Made by a program: the position numbers and the translations under genes. DNA of 38,673 nt from Coprothermobacterota bacterium (lineage in GTDB: Bacteria; Caldisericota; JANLFM01), in NCBI GenBank assembly GCA_026389415.1, contig JAPLHX010000190.1, forward strand, positions 1 through 38,673, written 5' to 3'. The notes under the pieces were generated by a model that saw only the letters and a list, made by a program, of their open reading frames with translations, was not told where the DNA came from and ran no database searches. This document shows positions 33,475 to 38,673 of this stretch, one piece after another; within the stretch, counting starts at the first letter, position 1, and the number at the start of each line of letters is the position of its first letter.

Positions 33475-34833
33475 CTAATACGGTCCGGGGAATTCCAGCC
33501 TCACCTCTCCCAGCACCCGGTCTAGGGTGTTGATGACTCGGTCCATTTCGTCATAGCGGATCACGGATGGTGGCTCGATCCGGAACACACGGGCATTGTT
33601 CAGTGTGCCGCCCACCAATATCCTATTTTTAAAGAGCGCCTTGGACACGGCATATCCGATCACGTCGGAAGGATACTCCAGACCGATCAGTAACCCTTTG
33701 CCGCGCACATCACGCAGGATCGGTCGTCTGGCCTGGATGGCACGCAATCCTTTTAGCAAATACTCCCCTTTCTCCTTGCATTGACGGGGCACATCGTTCT
33801 CTACGATGAAACGAATGGCAGCGATGGCGGCGGCACAACAGGCCGGATTGCCACCGAATGTCGGTGAGCCCAGAATCCAAGGATTCTCCTCCATTTTTTC
33901 CCACAATTGAGGCCTTGCCACGATGCCGGTAATGGGCATCACTCCGCCACCAAAGGCTTTTCCGAAAGACATGATATCGGGAACCACATTCCAGTGGTCC
34001 ACGCCCCAAAAGGTTCCCGTTCGTCCCATGCCGGTTTGGATTTCGTCTACGCAGAGGTAAACCTGATACTTGTCGCAGATCTCGCGCAGACGAGGAAAGT
34101 AGTCATCCGGTGGAATGATCACTCCCCCTTCACCCTGGATCGGTTCGACGATTACACCCGCTACCGTTTCACCCACAGTAATCAGGTTCTTGATCGCCTT
34201 TTCCACCGCGGAGGCATCCCCGAATTCAACATGCTGGAATCCCTGGATCAAAGGCAAGTATGGTGTGCGATAGCCGGCTTTACCGGTAGCGGAAACAGCG
34301 CCCATCGATTTGCCGTGGAAACCAAGCACGGTGGAAATGAAGAAAGTTTTGCCGGAGGCTAGACGGGCCAGTTTCAACATCATCTCATTGGCTTCTGCGC
34401 CACCGTTGGTAAAGAAGGAAAACTGAAGATCCCCCGGTGTAATCATGGCCACTAGTTTTGCCAGGAAACCACGCAAGGGATCCACCAACTCCTGGCTATG
34501 CAGCGCATAGCGGTCGAGTTGGCACTTGACAGCTTTAACGATCTCCGGATTGCGGTGACCGCACGTGTAGATCCCGTAGCCACCCAAGCAATCCAAGAAC
34601 TCCACACCGTGTGTATCAGCGAAAACCGAATCATGGTCTGACCATTCCACGAACGTTGCATCCGTGGAGACGGATTTGCGGTATTCCAGCCACCCCGGAT
34701 TGACGAATTGGTTGAAATTGGGAATGGACTCTTGCACCACTTGGTCCTTTTCTTCCTCGGTGAGTTCCGGTTTTATGATCCAGTCGTAATATCGATCCGC
34801 TTCCTTTAAGATTTCTTCGCGGGTTGCCCGCAT
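33475..34833 (-). CDS. patA: class-III PLP aminotransferase, putrescine aminotransferase (PatA/YgjG)-like
   Basis: 452 aa and near-colinear with E. coli PatA as I remember it. Shared blocks: NPGWLEYRKSV, FLDCLGGYGIYTCGHRNPEIV, LHSQELVDPLR, GFHGKSMGAVSATGK, EPIQGEGGVIIPP, DEIQTGMGRTG, FGKAFGGGVMP (PLP Lys), TFGGNP and GGTLNNARVFRIEPP. AAGGAGGG SD. Confidence 0.75.
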   Translation of the reverse strand: MRATREEILKEADRYYDWIIKPELTEEEKDQVVQESIPNFNQFVNPGWLEYRKSVSTDATFVEWSDHDSVFADTHGVEFLDCLGGYGIYTCGHRNPEIVKAVKCQLDRYALHSQELVDPLRGFLAKLVAMITPGDLQFSFFTNGGAEANEMMLKLARLASGKTFFISTVLGFHGKSMGAVSATGKAGYRTPYLPLIQGFQHVEFGDASAVEKAIKNLITVGETVAGVIVEPIQGEGGVIIPPDDYFPRLREICDKYQVYLCVDEIQTGMGRTGTFWGVDHWNVVPDIMSFGKAFGGGVMPITGIVARPQLWEKMEENPWILGSPTFGGNPACCAAAIAAIRFIVENDVPRQCKEKGEYLLKGLRAIQARRPILRDVRGKGLLIGLEYPSDVIGYAVSKALFKNRILVGGTLNNARVFRIEPPSVIRYDEMDRVINTLDRVLGEVRLEFPGPY

Positions 34834-34953
34834 CGTATCCCTCCTTGAGAGTTTGAAATACCTTTTCCTCCACCGATAGAAATAGCGAAGATCCGCTCAA
34901 CGCTCCGGCCTAACACCCCCCTTGGATTTGATGGAATCGGACCATCTTGATCA

Positions 34954-35769
34954 TTACAGCCAATCGGTCACTTCGTTGTACCAGGGACGTTTGGTCCCGA
35001 TTTCTGCCCGCTTTCGCCATTTATAGGTTTTCGGTTCTTGGGCAATCACTTGCAGAACCTGATCGGCCTTCGCGACGATGGTGGCTTTCTGTTCCTGGGC
35101 CAGCACCGGCACATTGACCAGAGCTTGCTTTACTTTATTTAGATTTCCAACTGAGGTGGTATAGAATCCCCAATCATCGGCAAAAAGATGTGCCAAGTAT
35201 TTGACATTGATCTCTCCATGGTCCGTCTCTCCCACCGGTGCCGCCAGCAGCAATAGCATGGCATCTTTCAGATCTTTGTCATTGATTTCCACAATCTGTA
35301 GCTTCTGCAAAAGCAAATCAGTCAGAGAAACACAATAGGGGTGCATCTCCAAGCGACCCAGATAGCTGATTGGGTGGTTGTAGGAGAGTTTATCGAAAAA
35401 GACATCGACCATCGGCACGGGCCCGCCGAAATAAATATGCCGCTCGGTGCCCATGATCATCATTGCCCGTTTTTCGATCTGATAGCCGGCTCGCTGGAAG
35501 AATGCCACCAATTTACCGCGCTGTTTGCCATAGGCTGCATAGTCGATGTCTGTAAATACTCTTTCCCCCAGACGCTCCATGCGGAGGTATAACTCCACAT
35601 AATCGGGGAAGTACCGATGAAGGGCAATCGGTCCCATCACCCGCAATAGAATCCCTTCCTTTTGGGCGGTTTCCGTCAGCCGTTTCGCTTCTTCGAGAAA
35701 GATTTCTGGTTTCGGGTATTCGTCGAGTGGGATTTCTTTGGGTAGGCGAAACTGCTTCAGTCCGTTCAT
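34954..35769 (-). CDS. hypothetical protein with a weak nucleotidyltransferase-fold signature
   Basis: The ORF is open from TTG 35802, which overlaps the upstream stop as TTGA. I favour ATG 35769 (MNGLKQFRLPKE), which lies 8 nt after GGAG. It has LLRVMGPIALHRY...RVFTDIDYAAY, resembling the G-x(n)-DxD pattern of NTP_transf_5-like proteins. I recognise no other motif. Confidence 0.5.
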   Translation of the reverse strand: MNGLKQFRLPKEIPLDEYPKPEIFLEEAKRLTETAQKEGILLRVMGPIALHRYFPDYVELYLRMERLGERVFTDIDYAAYGKQRGKLVAFFQRAGYQIEKRAMMIMGTERHIYFGGPVPMVDVFFDKLSYNHPISYLGRLEMHPYCVSLTDLLLQKLQIVEINDKDLKDAMLLLLAAPVGETDHGEINVKYLAHLFADDWGFYTTSVGNLNKVKQALVNVPVLAQEQKATIVAKADQVLQVIAQEPKTYKWRKRAEIGTKRPWYNEVTDWL

Positions 35770-35798
35770 GTTGCATTCTCCGTTTCTAGCAGGTGATG

Positions 35799-36743
35799 TC
35801 AACCATTCGTGAACACATAATCCGTCACCTTTCCCCGTTGCAACGTCACGACGACTCCCTTCAGCACTCCTTCTGAATACTCGCTGCCGGGATTTAGAAT
35901 GGTCGTTCGCCCAATCTTCTGTACACCCCGGGATTCATGGATGTGCCCGTGCAAGCCCAAGAGGGGTTGGTATTTTTGAATCATCTTGGTGACAGCCTTG
36001 CTGCCCACATGGATTTTCCGTTCCGCGGCTTGAACCAGATCGGCCGTCAATTCCGGCGCCAGATCCAACGCATAGCCGTATGGAGGCGCGTGGAAGTTGA
36101 AAATTGCCGCAGGCATGTTCTTTATGTGCCCAACGAGTTCTTCCAGCATCGGCTCCAATTCCTCGTCCGTTTTTTCCCGGGGTGTGTGCCAGGGCGTGGG
36201 ATTCGTCCAGGAGAAGGTAATCATCTCGTGGTCGCCGACCATCACGTTCTTGTTGTTGCAATTGACGATCACTTTGGAGTCCGTGATCACTTGGTCTACT
36301 TCGAAGTAGTCGTCGTTCCCTGGAGCCATATAGACCTTATAGCCGGTTTCGGCAAGCCGCTGGTCCGCTAAGACGACCCACTCCTTCAGTCGTTGGATCA
36401 TCAAATCGCGAAACAATTGTTCCAGCTCCGCGGGATCTGATTTTAACCGCTGAAACCCTTCCGGGGTGAGATGATACCAATAGTATCCGACCATCTCAAT
36501 TGTTTTTTTCAGTTGATCCAGTTCTTCCTGGGATCTGATTTCCAAATGTTGACCAAGAAACGACGTTTCCCAATGAGCGGATTTTTTTTCAATCAGTGGG
36601 ATCAGCATTTTTCCGGTCAGGTCGCCCAGGGCGATCCCTACATCTACATTGTAGACGCGCAAGGCATTGAGAAACTTGCGCCAGCAAACGTTGCTGCCGT
36701 GAAGATCGGTGACGAAGAACAAGCGAATCGTGTCCTTGCTCAT
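35799..36743 (-). CDS. calcineurin-like metallophosphoesterase
   Basis: ORF trimmed to ATG 36743 (MSKDTIRLFFVTDLHGS), preceded by AAGGAGG. All five metallophosphoesterase motifs are present: DLHG, LGDLTGK, PGNDD, FHAPP and LHGHIHE. Confidence 0.8.
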   Translation of the reverse strand: MSKDTIRLFFVTDLHGSNVCWRKFLNALRVYNVDVGIALGDLTGKMLIPLIEKKSAHWETSFLGQHLEIRSQEELDQLKKTIEMVGYYWYHLTPEGFQRLKSDPAELEQLFRDLMIQRLKEWVVLADQRLAETGYKVYMAPGNDDYFEVDQVITDSKVIVNCNNKNVMVGDHEMITFSWTNPTPWHTPREKTDEELEPMLEELVGHIKNMPAAIFNFHAPPYGYALDLAPELTADLVQAAERKIHVGSKAVTKMIQKYQPLLGLHGHIHESRGVQKIGRTTILNPGSEYSEGVLKGVVVTLQRGKVTDYVFTNG

Positions 36744-36759
36744 GCAACCTCCTTGCGGA

Positions 36760-36787
36760 GCAGGGGCAGCGCACGCGCTGCCCCTGC
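36760..36787 (-). other. perfect 13-nt GC-rich inverted repeat (stem-loop) between the permease stop and the phosphoesterase RBS
   Basis: GCAGGGGCAGCGC-AC-GCGCTGCCCCTGC. No U-tract follows on the minus strand, so it is not a classical intrinsic terminator. It may be an mRNA processing, stability or attenuation element. Confidence 0.55.
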
Positions 36788-36796
36788 CGGAATGGT

Positions 36797-38647
36797 CTAG
36801 TCGGGCGGCAACTCTCCGTATGTCATACTTACATCGACGCCGGCTTTCTTGTTGCGCCACTTCCAAAAGAGATACCACAGGATGCCGAATACCCAGATCC
36901 CAGCGAACAGAATTAGCGAGGGCAAAGTCAATCCTTCAAACCCGGGCATTGCTACGTAGAAAACGAAAACAATGCCGAGGTAGATCAAGTAGAAGACCGC
37001 ACCCCAAGTGATGGCTGGAATGCTTAGGAATTTCCATGTGCGATAGGGAGACGCCAGCCAGATATTCCGAACTTTCTTCAAATAGGGGAAAAGGAGGGCA
37101 GCAACCGCCGTAACGCCGAAGACAGTCACTACCTCAAGAGCAGTAACCGTCAATCCACTCATGGTGTCTTGGAAGAGCGCATAGAGGACAATCCCAATCT
37201 CTCCCAAGATGAAACAGAGGAGATAGTTCTTCACTGGGGTAGCCCAGCGCGGGTTGACATCACTCATCCATCTGGGTCCCATTCGATCCATACCCCAAGC
37301 GAAAAGAATGCGGGGGAAGGCCAAGTACGATAAGGCTACGTACCAGATATTGAAGAGGATGAAGGAAAGAGCAATCAAGAATAGAAGGATTGGATTCTGA
37401 GTAATCACGCCGCCTAAACCCATGAAACTGGGGCTCCAAGGAAGCGTGTACCCGGCAATGGTGGTTCCAGTTTGATCCGCCCAAGCCGTGGCGCTAAGAA
37501 ACTGGAAGCCGACGGTGTTATAAAGAAAGATCGCGATCAGCACCATGTAAACCACTGGAACTACGACAGAAAAAAGATTGCCCAATAAGATACTTTTATC
37601 CGGTCGCTTCACTTCTCCCGCGATATAGGTAATGCAGTAGCTGTACATAAACAGCCAGGAAGCGGCCACCATCACCCCGAACGTATCGAACCAGTTCCAG
37701 GTGGTCGGCAAGGATTTCCCTTCCGTGGTATCCATCACCTTTGCCATCACATTGAGGTAGGAGGTGTAATCGAGCGGTTTCACCTTGACGCTGGTAATAG
37801 CCATGGTCGACCCATCATTCAGTTGAGCGATCTTGGCGATTGCACTCTCGTCGATGGCCTGCCCTGCTGAGACAATCACCGTGTTATCTGCCGGATTGAT
37901 AATGTCCGCCATCGCTACCCGGTCGATCAGCAGTGCCTTTACGGAAGTGTCGATCGTGCTCTGATCGGTCGTATCGACGTTGTCCAGCAAGCTCACTTCT
38001 GCTGCTCCGTCGGTCGCGTTTTCGATTTGCAATCGGTCCCAGTTGGCCTTGAAAGTATCATGGGGGGTAACAGCGAAGGCAATCAGGATGATCAGGGCTC
38101 CGATCATGGCAACGCCGACTACTGCTTTTTGGGCTTTAGCGAAGACCTTCATGCCAAACACAAGGAACAGGAAAGCGATGATGTTCACTGCTGAAGCACC
38201 TACGATGATCCCGGCCGTGCTGCTACACCATTCGGCAGCGGCGGGTTGACCAAGGAAGTTGAACAACATCACCATCCCCGGATCCATCACCCAAGGAGCT
38301 AGGATGTAGATCCACATGATCCAGACGAATGCGTTGCCGAAGCTTGCTGCGATCCCGATCAGCGGGTGCAAAATACGCGAGTTGTAGATGTACTCGCCAC
38401 CGCTGCGCGGCATGCTTCCGCCCAGGATTCCCCAGACCAGGGGGATACCAATCCCGCATAAGATCAGCGAGAGTAATGAAGCAATGATGAGGTTGCCGCC
38501 AGTATAAACCGAAAGCCCTAAACTGATTGTCACCCAGACACTGGCTGTGAGGCCCTGGTTCATGAATCCAACCAGGAAGGCGTCCATCAGTGACAATCCC
38601 CGTACCAGACCGCTTGCTTTTCTAGCGAACTGTTTCTCTTCGGCCAT
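36797..38647 (-). CDS. APC-superfamily amino acid/polyamine permease with a large hydrophilic insert
   Basis: 616 aa with about 12 hydrophobic segments and an APC-like N-terminus (RKASGLVRGLSLMDAFLVGF). A hydrophilic insert of about 125 aa (residues ~194-318) lies between hydrophobic segments 5 and 6. AGGAGGAAC SD. Confidence 0.75.
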   Translation of the reverse strand: MAEEKQFARKASGLVRGLSLMDAFLVGFMNQGLTASVWVTISLGLSVYTGGNLIIASLLSLILCGIGIPLVWGILGGSMPRSGGEYIYNSRILHPLIGIAASFGNAFVWIMWIYILAPWVMDPGMVMLFNFLGQPAAAEWCSSTAGIIVGASAVNIIAFLFLVFGMKVFAKAQKAVVGVAMIGALIILIAFAVTPHDTFKANWDRLQIENATDGAAEVSLLDNVDTTDQSTIDTSVKALLIDRVAMADIINPADNTVIVSAGQAIDESAIAKIAQLNDGSTMAITSVKVKPLDYTSYLNVMAKVMDTTEGKSLPTTWNWFDTFGVMVAASWLFMYSYCITYIAGEVKRPDKSILLGNLFSVVVPVVYMVLIAIFLYNTVGFQFLSATAWADQTGTTIAGYTLPWSPSFMGLGGVITQNPILLFLIALSFILFNIWYVALSYLAFPRILFAWGMDRMGPRWMSDVNPRWATPVKNYLLCFILGEIGIVLYALFQDTMSGLTVTALEVVTVFGVTAVAALLFPYLKKVRNIWLASPYRTWKFLSIPAITWGAVFYLIYLGIVFVFYVAMPGFEGLTLPSLILFAGIWVFGILWYLFWKWRNKKAGVDVSMTYGELPPD

Positions 38648-38673
38648 CTTTGTTCCTCCTGATTCCCCAACAG

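Noticed and set aside
1-38673. Search for a defence system, CRISPR array, toxin-antitoxin pair, mobile element, tRNA or rRNA
   Set aside because: I saw no direct-repeat/spacer array and no transposase, integrase or recombinase-like translation. I saw no nuclease, helicase or STAND-ATPase-like ORF and no cloverleaf-like RNA gene. Every long ORF has a metabolic, transport or regulatory assignment except the 34954-35769 protein.

Overview
This is a gene-dense 38.7-kb metabolic region with about 34 CDS, most on the minus strand. I saw no rRNA, tRNA, CRISPR array, transposase, integrase or recognisable defence gene. The host looks ferredoxin-centred and probably anaerobic (IOR, ADP-forming acyl-CoA synthetase, AOR). 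It also looks monoderm-like, because the solute-binding lipoprotein has a Thr/Pro-rich linker. Both of these are inferences. Left to right: (1) iorA-iorB plus an ADP-forming acyl-CoA synthetase that runs off the left edge. (2) A 600-nt non-coding gap and an AT-richer, divergent IGPD (HisB)-like orphan. (3) An alpha/beta hydrolase and a LarA-family racemase/epimerase. (4) A minus-strand operon of HisD-like dehydrogenase, Ldh_2 oxidoreductase, alpha/beta hydrolase and C-N hydrolase, transcribed divergently from an Fe-ADH plus SDR pair. (5) A long minus-strand unit in which a CUT2 sugar-type ABC importer and an SDR are joined to an acetoin-dehydrogenase-type E2/E1alpha/E1beta, a VOC protein and an AcoX-like protein. 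(6) Six translationally coupled genes encoding two complete molybdenum hydroxylases in mirror order (M-S-L-L-M-S). (7) A PuuR-architecture HTH-cupin regulator. (8) A co-directional set of APC permease, metallophosphoesterase, unknown protein, PatA-like aminotransferase and AOR. The candidates for something undescribed are all metabolic: the ABC-importer/Aco-type cleavage operon, the twin Mo-hydroxylase operon, the HisD-like/Ldh_2/LarA oxidation module, and a possible ferredoxin-linked putrescine route (PatA plus AOR). All functional assignments come from motif recognition by eye in the supplied translations. No database search was run.
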